In this document: positions 39,508-49,825 of the stretch, piece by piece | Layout of the letters: each line of letters starts with the position of its first letter | How positions within the stretch are numbered: position 1 is the first letter of the stretch | Source: Cyanobacteria bacterium P01_D01_bin.156 | GTDB lineage: Bacteria; Cyanobacteriota; Cyanobacteriia; Phormidesmidales; Phormidesmidaceae | DNA: 64,000 nucleotides | NCBI GenBank assembly: GCA_039024555.1 | Contig: JBCCQQ010000029.1 | Span: 8,132-72,131 of the forward strand | Direction: 5' to 3' | The notes under the pieces: generated by a model | The model's input: the letters and a program-made list of their open reading frames with translations, nothing else | Told to the model about the DNA's origin: nothing | The model's database searches: none | Position numbers and translations under genes: made by a program

Positions 39508-40236
39508 ATGACTGTTTCTACCGATTTGCTTCAACGCTTCTCAACTGCTGAGGATCCTCTCTCGTTGCAACAATATTCTATATTGTTGGCAGATGGTGAC
39601 TGTAAGTTTCGTCAAGGATTACGATTGCTGTTGGAATTTTATAATGCTAACGGTAATCGTAAATGTGTGGTGGTGGGTGAGGCTGCCTCGGGGGCACAGG
39701 CTCTGCACCTGAGTCAAAGCCAACATCCTAGCCTGATTATTCTAGATGTCGGTTTAGAAAATAGCTGGGAAGCTACGGTTGACATTTTGGCTCAATTACA
39801 GCAACAGGACTCTGCTCCCCATGTATTACTGGTTAACAATAGTCAGGAACCTGACCATTTGTTTGAAGGAATGCAGGCAGGAGCATCAGGCTACCTGACT
39901 AAAGACCGGATTGCAACAGAATTATTACAAGCCATTAGTACCATTGCTGCTGGCCAAGTTTATCTCAGTACGGCGATGGTGAATATGTTTTTCTACTTGT
40001 TTCAATCCCATGCGAAACAATCTCTAGAGAAATGTAAATTGCTTCACCTGAGTAAGCGTGAGCAGGAGGTGCTTAAGCTGTTGGCTCGGGGAGAGTCAAA
40101 TGAAGAGATCGCTGGAGAACTCTTCATTTCAGTGGCTACCGTTAAATCGCATTTTACTTCTATTTTTGAAAAACTAGGGGTGAAAAGCCGGACTCAAGCG
40201 ATTATTCGGGCCCTGCGACTGGGGCTGGTGTCATGA
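39508..40236 (+). CDS. NarL/LuxR-family response regulator with atypical receiver
   Basis: Receiver motifs ILLADGD / LIILDV / GASGYLTK; LuxR HTH LSKREQEVLKLLARGESNEEIA.EL.IS..TVKSHFTSIFEKLGVKSRTQA. Confidence 0.92.
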   Translation: MTVSTDLLQRFSTAEDPLSLQQYSILLADGDCKFRQGLRLLLEFYNANGNRKCVVVGEAASGAQALHLSQSQHPSLIILDVGLENSWEATVDILAQLQQQDSAPHVLLVNNSQEPDHLFEGMQAGASGYLTKDRIATELLQAISTIAAGQVYLSTAMVNMFFYLFQSHAKQSLEKCKLLHLSKREQEVLKLLARGESNEEIAGELFISVATVKSHFTSIFEKLGVKSRTQAIIRALRLGLVS

Positions 40237-41531
40237 GTAATCATTTAGCGATCGCAACTGTAACGGCCACTGTGCAGCGGCTGTTGCAGCACTCGGTACA
40301 AACCAGCGTGGAGGGGGCTCGGGTCACCTGGGCTCGACCTGAAAACCAGGGGGGCAATGTCCCGGAAACGGGCATTACCCTCTACCTATATCACCTGAAA
40401 CGAAATACCGCCTTTGGCAATGCCGACAGTCCGGGACGACAACGGCGCAGTGACATTGCCCGGCGCAATCAGTTGGCCATTGATCTATATTATCTTCTCT
40501 CTTTTTATGGCGATGGGGGAGAATTAGAACCCCATCGTTTATTAGGGAGTACGCTACAGCTGTTTGAAGATCAGGCATTACTCACCAGCCGCATGGTTCG
40601 CGAGACCCTGGCGGACCCTACCTATGGCTATCTGGCTGATTCTGATCTAGCAGAGCAGTTAGAAATGATGCGATTTGAGCTGTTGCCATTGTCAACGGAC
40701 GAGCTGTCAAAAATCTGGTCGGTGTTTTTTCAAACCCCCCATGCCCTGTCAGTTTGTTATAAGGTCACCGTCGTCATGATTGAAGGGCGAGAGCCGGGGC
40801 AGCGAGCCTTGCCCGTACGCGATCGCCGACTGGGGATTGCCCCCTTTACGCAACAGCCTGTAGTGGAACAGGTGCTGGCGGCAACGGGGCGCTATGATCC
40901 CATTTTGGCCAATAGTGTGTTGCGTATCCATGGCAGGCTGTTAGCCGCTACTACGGTGCAGGTACGCATTTGCGGGGTGGAGGTTACCCCCACCCAGGTC
41001 AGCGAAACAGATATTGTCGTGCCCCTACAGGCTGTGCCCCGAGAGGCCATGCAGGTTGGGGTGCAAAGTCTTCAGATCGTGCATCAGCGATCGCGGACTC
41101 CCGAGCGCCGACAGCCAGCGGCCACGGTGATGACCTTAGCGCCTACCGCTGTTGCGGTGGAGTCTAATGTGGCTCCATTTGTATTGCGGCCCACCATTGA
41201 ACGGCTGCAGGTCCATCAGGAGTCTAGTTTAGATGATGAACCCCGGCGGGTGACATTTACGGTGACAGTGGATGTGCCGTTGCGGCCTGGGCAGCGGGCA
41301 TTGCTTTGCCTAAATGAGCGCAGTGCCGATGCGCCAAAGGCCTATGTCTTTGAGACGGAACGAATTCTTGAGACCACTACAACGCTGACTTTTTCGACCT
41401 ATCAACTATTGCCAGGGGATTATCTTGTGCGGTTGCAGGTGGATGGGGCGGAAAGTGTGTTGCAGGTGGATCAAAATCCCCAAAGTCCCACATTTGAACA
41501 ATATATTGCCCCCCTCTGCAGCATTTCATGA
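40233..41531 (+). CDS. DUF4255/Pvc16-like cap (terminator) protein with C-terminal Ig/IPT-like domains
   Basis: MSNHLAIATVTAT....L...ITLYLY......N.....IDLYYLLSFYG......HRLLG...LSTDELSKIWS; ATGA-coupled to the regulator gene. Confidence 0.88.
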   Translation: MSNHLAIATVTATVQRLLQHSVQTSVEGARVTWARPENQGGNVPETGITLYLYHLKRNTAFGNADSPGRQRRSDIARRNQLAIDLYYLLSFYGDGGELEPHRLLGSTLQLFEDQALLTSRMVRETLADPTYGYLADSDLAEQLEMMRFELLPLSTDELSKIWSVFFQTPHALSVCYKVTVVMIEGREPGQRALPVRDRRLGIAPFTQQPVVEQVLAATGRYDPILANSVLRIHGRLLAATTVQVRICGVEVTPTQVSETDIVVPLQAVPREAMQVGVQSLQIVHQRSRTPERRQPAATVMTLAPTAVAVESNVAPFVLRPTIERLQVHQESSLDDEPRRVTFTVTVDVPLRPGQRALLCLNERSADAPKAYVFETERILETTTTLTFSTYQLLPGDYLVRLQVDGAESVLQVDQNPQSPTFEQYIAPLCSIS

Positions 41532-43504
41532 CTCTCACGGCTTCTCCCCTTACCTGGCAACAGGCCAATCAGCAGTACTTACAGGCCCAGTTAACTAAAA
41601 TAAAATTACAGCTGAGTCAAAAGGCTGAACAGCCCTGTGATCTGCCAGACGATCCGATTAGGGATATCGAACAGGCCGCCCAACAGCTAGAGTCTCCCTC
41701 CTCACTAGAACAGCTTTGCGACACCTTTGAGCTGTCCACCTTTGAGCGAGATATTTTAGTCCTGTGTGCGGGCATGGAGCTGGATGCCAGCATTGCCCCG
41801 CTCTGTGCCCTGGCCCAGGGAGACCCGCAAAAGCCTTTTCCCACATTGAGTTTAGCGCTGAGTTTATTTACAGATGCCCATTGGAGTGCGCTAACGCCCC
41901 GTGCGCCGCTGCGGCGCTGGCGTTTGATTGAGCTGGGTAAAGGTCTGGGGTTGATGCAGCGATCGCTACAGGTGAATGAGCGAATTTTGCATTACCTGGC
42001 GGGGATTCATCATTTGGATGAGAGACTGACTGGCCTGATAGAGCCGCTTGGCACCCTAAGTAATCTGGTGGCTTCTCACCAAGCCTTGGCCAATCAGCTA
42101 GCCGATACCTGGGCGCAGGCAGCGGAGCAGCCGACATTGCCTATTTTGCAGCTGGCGGGGGATAGTCCTACCAGCCAGCAAGCGATCGCAGGTCGGGTGT
42201 GTCGAGATCTCAATCTGCAGCTGCATAGTTTGGCAGGGCAAGATGTCCCGGCTAATGCAAAGGATTTGGTGCAGTTTCTTCAGCTATGGGAGCGTGAGGC
42301 GATCCTGAGCAGCAGTGCGTTGTTGCTGGACTGTACAGAAACCAGTCTAGAAAAACATCAGGAACCGATCACTCGGCTGCTAGAACAGATTCGCAGTCCG
42401 CTGATGGTGACCACTCGCGATCGCGTTCACTGTCAGAAACGCACCATCCTCAATATCGATGTCAATAAGCCCAGCCATGGCGAACAGCAAAACCTCTGGG
42501 AGCAGCATCTGCAGGCATTTGATCCTAAGTTCCTTCAAGTTGTTCCGGCGTTAGTCACCCAGTTTAACCTTAGCCATCCTGAAATTGCGGCGGTATGTAC
42601 CCGTGTGTTTAGTCAGGTGGATCGGGCGACGCTTACCCCTGCGATTCTGCAGGCTGAACTGTGGGATGGCTGTCGGTTGCAGGCACGACCGCAAATGGAC
42701 GATTTGGCCCAGCGCATTACGGTAAAAGCCACCTGGGACGATCTGGTGCTGCCGGAGACTCAGCTAGAAACCTTGCGTACGGTGACAGCCCAGGTGCGAC
42801 AGCGGGTAAAGGTATATGAAGACTGGGGATTTTCGAGTAAAAATATGCGCGGTCTGGGCATTAGTGCATTGTTTGCTGGACCTAGCGGTACAGGTAAAAC
42901 TACAGCTGCAGAGATTTTGGCCAATGAGCTAAACCTAGATCTTTATCGCATTGACTTGAGTGCTGTCGTCAGTAAATACATTGGAGAGACGGAGAAAAAT
43001 TTACGCCGAGTATTTGATGCGGCGGAAGGTGGCGGTGCGGTGTTGTTGTTTGATGAAGCCGATGCGCTATTTGGTAAGCGCAGTGATGTCAAAGACAGTC
43101 ACGATCGCCATGCAAATATTGAGGTGAGTTATTTGCTGCAGCGGATGGAAGCCTATCAGGGGTTAGCGATTCTCACCACTAACTTGAAAGGGGCCTTAGA
43201 CAGTGCCTTTATGCGGCGGATTCGGTTTGTGTTGCAGTTTACATTTCCGGATGTGAGTCAGCGGATGGAAATCTGGCGGAGGATTTTTCCAAGGGAGACT
43301 CCGACTAAAGACTTAAGTGTGGAACGTCTCGCTCGTTTACAGGTGGCAGGGGGAAATATTAGAAATATTGCTCTTAATGCGGCGTTTTTGGCTGCAGATG
43401 CGGGGGAACCGGTGATGATGAAGCATTTGCTGGTTTCTGCACGAGGGGAATATAGCAAGTTGGAAAAAACACTGACGGATCGAGAGATTAAGGGGTGGGT
43501 TTAA
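41528..43504 (+). CDS. CIS AAA+ ATPase (Afp15/Pvc15-like)
   Basis: GPSGTGKT, DLSAVVSKYIGETEKNL, LLFDEADALFGKRS.VKDSHDRHAN, LLQRME; degenerate first AAA module. Confidence 0.93.
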   Translation: MTLTASPLTWQQANQQYLQAQLTKIKLQLSQKAEQPCDLPDDPIRDIEQAAQQLESPSSLEQLCDTFELSTFERDILVLCAGMELDASIAPLCALAQGDPQKPFPTLSLALSLFTDAHWSALTPRAPLRRWRLIELGKGLGLMQRSLQVNERILHYLAGIHHLDERLTGLIEPLGTLSNLVASHQALANQLADTWAQAAEQPTLPILQLAGDSPTSQQAIAGRVCRDLNLQLHSLAGQDVPANAKDLVQFLQLWEREAILSSSALLLDCTETSLEKHQEPITRLLEQIRSPLMVTTRDRVHCQKRTILNIDVNKPSHGEQQNLWEQHLQAFDPKFLQVVPALVTQFNLSHPEIAAVCTRVFSQVDRATLTPAILQAELWDGCRLQARPQMDDLAQRITVKATWDDLVLPETQLETLRTVTAQVRQRVKVYEDWGFSSKNMRGLGISALFAGPSGTGKTTAAEILANELNLDLYRIDLSAVVSKYIGETEKNLRRVFDAAEGGGAVLLFDEADALFGKRSDVKDSHDRHANIEVSYLLQRMEAYQGLAILTTNLKGALDSAFMRRIRFVLQFTFPDVSQRMEIWRRIFPRETPTKDLSVERLARLQVAGGNIRNIALNAAFLAADAGEPVMMKHLLVSARGEYSKLEKTLTDREIKGWV

Positions 43505-43506
43505 CG

Positions 43507-46500
43507 ATGGTCAGACGACGACAGCGACAAACTCAACAAGACTTACCTCCAGTGGCTCAACTGGATCGGCCATCTTCAAGTAATTCCTTGTTTGCATCAG
43601 ATATTGATACTTCAGAATGGAACTCTGAAGAAAATAGTGAAACAATCTCTCCCCAAAATCTTTTAACCCATTCTCAACAACAAGGATTTCAATTTTCCCA
43701 TACGCCTATTCTGTCTACCGCAGAAAAACAGGCACCCTCATCACCAATCCAAGCAAAACTAGCCGTAGGCTCAGCCAACGATGCCTATGAACAAGAAGCG
43801 GACGATATTTCAGAGCAGGTTATTGGCCAAATATATGAATCAGGAGATGGCCACCTTCCCCAAAATACGATAAATCTTCATAAAAAATCTCCATCACCCT
43901 TCAAAGCACTGCAGTGCTATAGATCAACACCTCAGCCAGCAAAAGGACAACAGCCCGTTTCCCCGGAGGTTGAAACACAGGTTGATCACATGCGGGGCAA
44001 AGGCCAATCTCTGCCCCGTGAGACTCAACAAACAATGGAGCAGGCCTTTGGCACTGACTTTAGCACTGTCAAAATACACACAGATAATCAGGCCCATCGA
44101 TTAAATGAGTCTGTACAGGCTAAGGCATTTACCACTGGGCCAGACATTTTCTTCCGTAGAGGCACCTATCAGCCCAGTCATCAAGAAGGGCAAAAACTAA
44201 TTGCCCATGAGCTGACCCATGTTGTGCAGCAGCAAAGGTCTCCAACTGGTCAGACAACGATTCTCCAACGCGATCCCACAAATAACTCTTCAGATAAGAC
44301 TTCTGCAGAAACTGATGATAAGGATGATATTAAAGCTACATCGGAAGGTGAAGCATCTGCATCCTCTACAGCAGATACTGGAGGAGAGATGAACGATTTT
44401 GACTTAGGACAGTCTCCATCAGTTGGGATCTCAGGTTTGTTAGCTAGAGGTCGTAGCAGCTCTCGAAGGCCGATAGGTAAAAAAGCAGATTCTTTGAAGC
44501 CTACTAATACAGGCTCTTCAAATAAACAGCTAATACATTCATCTACATCTCCTACGACAAACACTGGGAAAAATAGTTCATTCCTTGGTAAAAGAAATCC
44601 ACATATAAAGTTCGGTGTTTTGGACCCTGATCTGGAGGCAGAATTTAATCATTCCCCAACCTTTGACCATGTGGATGATACTTCCCAATATCATAGAACC
44701 AGTCAACCGCTCAAGAGAGTGGGAAATCATTCTACAGAAAGATCATTAGAACAATATTTATCAGAGGCTAGTCTGGAAATTGCCAACATCGAAAATGAGG
44801 TCTTAAATATTGCAGATAAAAGTTCTGAGGAAGGTAAGAATAGTCAAGAAAATTTATCTGAATTAAAGATAAAAGAAGAAAAAATCAAAGAAATATTTGA
44901 AACATTAGATAAATGTCGTATAGGTCTTCGAACTAAAAATGTTGATGCTTCACATGATGATTTCTTAGGTGAGACCCAAGAGAATAATTCTGAAAGTTTT
45001 GAAAAGCTTAGACTTAAGTATGCAGAAGCAAAAATTATAAAAGGTAAAATAGAAGACCTGATCACAGAAAACAAGTATGAAAGCATTCGTCAAAACATAG
45101 ATGGAGAAACTCTTTTGACGGATGTTGAGGTTGGTGGTGCAGCCTCAACGGTTACCAATGCTGCGCTAGGGACGTTAGATACTGCAAAAGCTTCAACTTA
45201 TCAGTATTCAAAACAGGTCTATGAGGACTCTAAATATGTTCAGAATAAGGCTAATCAAATTGGTGGCTATGCCGAATACGTTGAAGATGCCCAAACAGCT
45301 TATTCAAAGGCAGATGAACTTGATAAAATTCCTCCAAATAAGGTGCTTTCTTCAGATGAGCAGGTAAAGATTCAAGACCTCAGATTAAAGAAAGAAAATA
45401 TTGTTAAGCGCATTACTCTTAAGCGCACGAAAAAAGAATCTATAGAGGCTAAACTCAAGGATAAGAGTCTTCTTGTAGAAGCTGATGACTACGCCGATAA
45501 GCTGAAAAAAGCTCAAAGTATCGTAGAGTTTAAGCAAGAGTTTGTTTACTATTTTTATGATCAGACAAAAATAATACAAGAAGAATTCAAGGATAAAGAA
45601 GAAAATCCTGAAAAAAATAAAGCAACAGCAAAAGCTAATGTAATGGCAGCTCATGCCAAGTCTGCAGCTGATGAAATCAGAGGCCATAGACTTGAAGCTA
45701 AGAAAATTCGCAATGATTTGAGAAAACAAGGGGTATATCCTGATATACCTCATGCTATTGCTGGAGCTGCAAAAACAGAAGTTAGGGACTTTTTAGTTGG
45801 AGTTGCGACTTTAGGCTTAGGAACTGCAAAGGCACAGAAAGATAAGCGAGGCTATACCGAAGGTACTGAATACACGTCAATATTTTCTCAAGTCAAGGAA
45901 GCCTATCAAAAGGTTAAAGCACTTACCAATATTAATCCTGACGAAGATGGATATTTAGATAAGTTTGCTGCTGGTTTAGAGGTAATTAATAGCTGCCTAA
46001 TTGAACCCGTTAAGCGTGTTGCTAAAAACATAGGCTTGCTTGCAACTGGCCTATCTTTTGTTCCAGTGCCAGGTATACAGATAGTCACTGTCACCATTGC
46101 AACAATTGCTAGTACTGTGAAGCTGATTCTCTCAACGATTAAAGCTGCAATTAGTGCAGTTATTGGTGTTATCAGAGGATTGCAAACCGTTATCTCTGCA
46201 TGGTGGGCTCAAGATCCAAGGACAGCTATGTATCGGCAGGCACAACTACAAGATAGTGGGTTTACCACGTTGAAAGATGCAGCAGGAGTCGGTGGCTCGG
46301 AACTAACAGGCTTCATGGCGAGTATTTCTGAGCTAAATAAAATTGAACCGGTTACAACTCAAGATATCTTTTCTGGCAATTTAGAAGGTGAGGTAACTGA
46401 AAACATTAACAGTAAAATAGAAGCTAAACTTCCAGAGGAGAATGGAGCATCCACGTCTGAAGCAGAGTCTGCTACCTTGCAAGAGCAATTCAAAGCCAAG

Positions 46501-47064
46501 GCCGCAAAAGTGCCTGAGCAGGCATTGTCAATAGCTCAAACAGTTGCTGTCCAAGGACCTAGTGCTGCTGTGGATAGCACGACTGCTATAGCTAGTGCTG
46601 CGTATCTTAGCGGAGTAAATGACAACACTGATACCCGTAAACAACAAGAAGCAGGGAAACTGTCACCCACTGCTGGTCATCAAACTGGAGCTGTATCCAA
46701 CAATGCATTGTCTGCCGCTTCGACGATGGAACGAAAGGTTTCTAAAGGCTTAATTATGCAGCGACGTGACAAGGCAACTGAAAAGTTGGGGTACATCACT
46801 CAAAACTTTGGAGATGCAGACAGGAAAGTTGGAGACGTTGAAAAGAAATCAAACGAATTAAATACCGGACTGCAGCCACAAGCTTCACAGTCAAATGATA
46901 CAGCTGAGGTTACTGAAGAAGACCGTAGTTCTGCCTCTGGTACAGTTCAAAAAATTAAGGATACGCTTCAAGATGCTAAAGACGGATTTGCTGCTGGCAA
47001 ATCGTTTTTACAACAGGGACAAAAAGGTGTTGAGAAAGCTGTTACATCTAAATTAGAAGAATAA
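43507..47064 (+). CDS. DUF4157 cargo-like protein with AT-rich coiled-coil and hydrophobic-hairpin C-terminal region
   Basis: Likely start ATG 43507. DUF4157 (FGTDFSTVKIH...AKAFTTG..IFF...LIAHELTHVVQQ); later hydrophobic stretch IGLLATGLSFVPVPGIQIVTVTIATIASTVKLILSTIKAAISAVIGVI. Confidence 0.85.
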   Translation: MVRRRQRQTQQDLPPVAQLDRPSSSNSLFASDIDTSEWNSEENSETISPQNLLTHSQQQGFQFSHTPILSTAEKQAPSSPIQAKLAVGSANDAYEQEADDISEQVIGQIYESGDGHLPQNTINLHKKSPSPFKALQCYRSTPQPAKGQQPVSPEVETQVDHMRGKGQSLPRETQQTMEQAFGTDFSTVKIHTDNQAHRLNESVQAKAFTTGPDIFFRRGTYQPSHQEGQKLIAHELTHVVQQQRSPTGQTTILQRDPTNNSSDKTSAETDDKDDIKATSEGEASASSTADTGGEMNDFDLGQSPSVGISGLLARGRSSSRRPIGKKADSLKPTNTGSSNKQLIHSSTSPTTNTGKNSSFLGKRNPHIKFGVLDPDLEAEFNHSPTFDHVDDTSQYHRTSQPLKRVGNHSTERSLEQYLSEASLEIANIENEVLNIADKSSEEGKNSQENLSELKIKEEKIKEIFETLDKCRIGLRTKNVDASHDDFLGETQENNSESFEKLRLKYAEAKIIKGKIEDLITENKYESIRQNIDGETLLTDVEVGGAASTVTNAALGTLDTAKASTYQYSKQVYEDSKYVQNKANQIGGYAEYVEDAQTAYSKADELDKIPPNKVLSSDEQVKIQDLRLKKENIVKRITLKRTKKESIEAKLKDKSLLVEADDYADKLKKAQSIVEFKQEFVYYFYDQTKIIQEEFKDKEENPEKNKATAKANVMAAHAKSAADEIRGHRLEAKKIRNDLRKQGVYPDIPHAIAGAAKTEVRDFLVGVATLGLGTAKAQKDKRGYTEGTEYTSIFSQVKEAYQKVKALTNINPDEDGYLDKFAAGLEVINSCLIEPVKRVAKNIGLLATGLSFVPVPGIQIVTVTIATIASTVKLILSTIKAAISAVIGVIRGLQTVISAWWAQDPRTAMYRQAQLQDSGFTTLKDAAGVGGSELTGFMASISELNKIEPVTTQDIFSGNLEGEVTENINSKIEAKLPEENGASTSEAESATLQEQFKAKAAKVPEQALSIAQTVAVQGPSAAVDSTTAIASAAYLSGVNDNTDTRKQQEAGKLSPTAGHQTGAVSNNALSAASTMERKVSKGLIMQRRDKATEKLGYITQNFGDADRKVGDVEKKSNELNTGLQPQASQSNDTAEVTEEDRSSASGTVQKIKDTLQDAKDGFAAGKSFLQQGQKGVEKAVTSKLEE

Positions 47065-47188
47065 AAATGTGAGAAACAACATTGCTGAGCAAGGTGATTG
47101 CACCATTTTGAGGGTGTTAAGCGTTTTCTCAAAAAAACTGTACCGGTTTAATGCTCCCCTCACTTCTACATCCTAGAAGGAAAAGACT

Positions 47189-47220
47189 CAAAGTTCCCTA
47201 GAATTCAGGACTTAGGGGGC
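47189..47220. repeat. Degenerate cyanobacterial REP/SDR-like element
   Basis: CAAAGTTCCCTAGAATTCAGGACTTAGGGGGC, related to the arms of the 19800 palindrome; intergenic. Confidence 0.5.
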
Positions 47221-47398
47221 CTAGATGTCTATGAGCTTTTTTACAAGACCTGTTTAAGGGATAGTGTATGACGTGCCGTGAGCGAAGCTTCAAAAGCGGG
47301 CAACCTCCAGGGTGAGGTAAGCATTAAATATGCAGCAAGAAAAAGACATTCAGTTCTTAAAACCTCATTGCCCAGTAGGTAGCAGTAGGGACAGTTCA

Positions 47399-49807
47399 AT
47401 GGCAGTGAAGCAGCGAAAACGGCGATCGCAAGAAAATCACCCAGTTGCGATCGCAGCTCCAAACAGCATTTTTGCTGCTTCAGAACTGGATGCCATCGAG
47501 CCTACTCAAGACCTCTCAGCTGAAACACCCTTTACAACTACCACCACGCTAGACCAACGCCGTGAGCAAGCCGCCACCGGTAGTTTCCAATTTGGACAAA
47601 CTGATTTATTCAGCACATCTACTGAAGCAGCGCCCATTCAACGCCAGACTGAAGACGAAGAAGAAACCGCCCAGCTAAAAGCCGTTTCCAATCAGCGCCA
47701 CCCATTCTTTAGTAGCGATCGCGAAGAAGACCCGCAAACCCTAGCCCCCCGCGACAGTGGTTCTCCACTGCCAGAAACATTACGGGCCAAAATGGAGCAA
47801 TCCTTCGATACTGACTTCTCTGCTGTACGCATTCACGAAAGCAACGCCGCCCAACACATTAATGCCCTAGCCTACACCCAGGGTCAGCACATTCACTTTC
47901 AACCCGGTAAGTACAACCCCGACAGTTCCAAAGGTCAGGAACTCATTGGCCATGAACTTACCCACGTCGTCCAGCAACGGGCGGGTCAAGTAGCCAAACC
48001 CCAGTGCAAGGGTGGTGCCCCCATCAATACGGACCGGGGCCTAGAAACCGAAGCCGATACCGTAGGTGCTAAGGCAGCCCAGGGCGAAAAGGTCGCTGTA
48101 AAAGGTGTTGGCAATGGCATCCAGCGTAAAGCAATCCATGAAACAGAAGAATATTACCTAAAACTACGGCAGCAGTTAGTAGACAAAAAGTCCGAGCATC
48201 TTGCCAGCTTTGACAAACTGATGATCAGTCGGGGTATGGTTCCTCCCGTAGCCACTGAAGAACCTGCCCCTAGCAAACTGGAGCAAGCGCTAGAAAGCGA
48301 TACGGCAACAGTGACAGGTGGTGTGGCCGAAACCATAGAAGGGCTCACCGGCATTACGGGGGAAGTTGGCACCCAAGGGGGCGGCAACTCCGGTGATACC
48401 GATACAGGGGTGTTTGAAAAATACTTCAAAGCCGCTGGCGACAAGATGTCTGGAGAAGAACGCAATGTTCTCAGCGGTCAAAGCGACATGGTGGGAGCCG
48501 CAGCTGGTGGAGTTGGCAATATCATGGGGGTTGCCGAATCCATCCAAGACTGGCGCAAGGCAAAAGGGGGCTTTGGTAAAAGCAAAGCTGTTGCAGACGG
48601 TCTTGCTAATGTAACTGGGTTTGGTTCAAATGTGGCTAAAGGCGTAGGCGGCTATCTCACCCAAAAGGGTGGAGGCGACTCTACAGCGGCAGGCTTAGGC
48701 GGGAGCTTTATCGATCCAGCCCTCAATTCCAGTGATAGTGCCAAGTTTATTGGTGATGCAGGGGCCGCTGGTTCCTTAGGATTGAGCACCATCGGCCAAG
48801 CCATCGGCGGAGCTAAGGACTTTAAATCGTGGTGGCGCGATAAAAAGAAAGGTATTTTTGGCAGCAAGAAATCAGGTGGTAAAGGTGGTTCAGCCTTTGG
48901 CCGCTCCATCGGACGAGGCATCAAGAGCCTGGGTAAAATCGGCAAAGGCGGAGTGGATACCGCCCTGGGCATTAGTAAACTGGTCGCTCAGAATGCAGCG
49001 GATGGCGGCAAAATCGCTGGTGATGCGCTTAAGCTAGGCTCAAAAGGGGCGATTACTCCATTAGCCAATTTAGCAGCCGCTTCAGGAGGTTTGAGCATTG
49101 CCACGGGGGCCATGGACATTGGCAGCGGTGGATTCAAAGCATTTAAGGCGACCAAGCGTAAGGGCTTTATTAAAGGCTTGCAAGCTGGGGATAAGCAATT
49201 TGGAAAAGTCAGTTCCTCCGATCGAGATGCGGCTTTAGCGCACCTCAAGGAAATTCAAACGAAGAAACAAAAACGAGGTGCGATCGCAGCGGCAGAGGGA
49301 GCCATTGGCGTGACCGCTGGAGCCTTAGCCTTAACTGGAGCGGGGGCCGTAGTGGGCGCTGGTTTAGCAGGGGCTGCAGGGGCATCTAAGTTAGGACGGT
49401 TTGCCTTTAACAAGATTAAACAAAGCCGTCGAGATAAAGCCGCCCGTAAAGATAAACAACTGGAAGCAGATTTACACTCAGCCGGTCTGAGTGAAGAGCA
49501 AATTAATAATGTTTTCCTAGCTCGGGAATCACGGGAACAGCAACAATATGACGACGATGTGAAAAAAGGTGGTTTCTCCAAGTTTAAGGCCAAGTTTAAG
49601 AAGAAAATGAAGGCCGATAAGACCAAGAGTACAGACGCAAAAGATCAGCGCTATGAAAAGACTGCAAAAACCTTACTGAGTATGCATGAATCGGAGCCGG
49701 AGTCCGGTATCCTGCTGAAGCTGGTCAATATCCCCAGCAAACAAATCGAGGGTCTCACCCCAGACGAGAAACATACAGCCATTGTCGATGCCCTCAAGAA
49801 ACGCTAG
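47399..49807 (+). CDS. DUF4157 cargo-like protein with Gly/Ala-rich (glycine-zipper-like) C-terminal region
   Basis: DUF4157 (FDTDFSAVRIH...ALAYTQG..IHF.PG.Y.P......LIGHELTHVVQQ, LETEAD); AIGVTAGALALTGAGAVVGAGLAGAAG. Start is ATG 47399 or 47330. Confidence 0.85.
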   Translation: MAVKQRKRRSQENHPVAIAAPNSIFAASELDAIEPTQDLSAETPFTTTTTLDQRREQAATGSFQFGQTDLFSTSTEAAPIQRQTEDEEETAQLKAVSNQRHPFFSSDREEDPQTLAPRDSGSPLPETLRAKMEQSFDTDFSAVRIHESNAAQHINALAYTQGQHIHFQPGKYNPDSSKGQELIGHELTHVVQQRAGQVAKPQCKGGAPINTDRGLETEADTVGAKAAQGEKVAVKGVGNGIQRKAIHETEEYYLKLRQQLVDKKSEHLASFDKLMISRGMVPPVATEEPAPSKLEQALESDTATVTGGVAETIEGLTGITGEVGTQGGGNSGDTDTGVFEKYFKAAGDKMSGEERNVLSGQSDMVGAAAGGVGNIMGVAESIQDWRKAKGGFGKSKAVADGLANVTGFGSNVAKGVGGYLTQKGGGDSTAAGLGGSFIDPALNSSDSAKFIGDAGAAGSLGLSTIGQAIGGAKDFKSWWRDKKKGIFGSKKSGGKGGSAFGRSIGRGIKSLGKIGKGGVDTALGISKLVAQNAADGGKIAGDALKLGSKGAITPLANLAAASGGLSIATGAMDIGSGGFKAFKATKRKGFIKGLQAGDKQFGKVSSSDRDAALAHLKEIQTKKQKRGAIAAAEGAIGVTAGALALTGAGAVVGAGLAGAAGASKLGRFAFNKIKQSRRDKAARKDKQLEADLHSAGLSEEQINNVFLARESREQQQYDDDVKKGGFSKFKAKFKKKMKADKTKSTDAKDQRYEKTAKTLLSMHESEPESGILLKLVNIPSKQIEGLTPDEKHTAIVDALKKR

Positions 49808-49825
49808 TCGCACCTAAACACTCCC

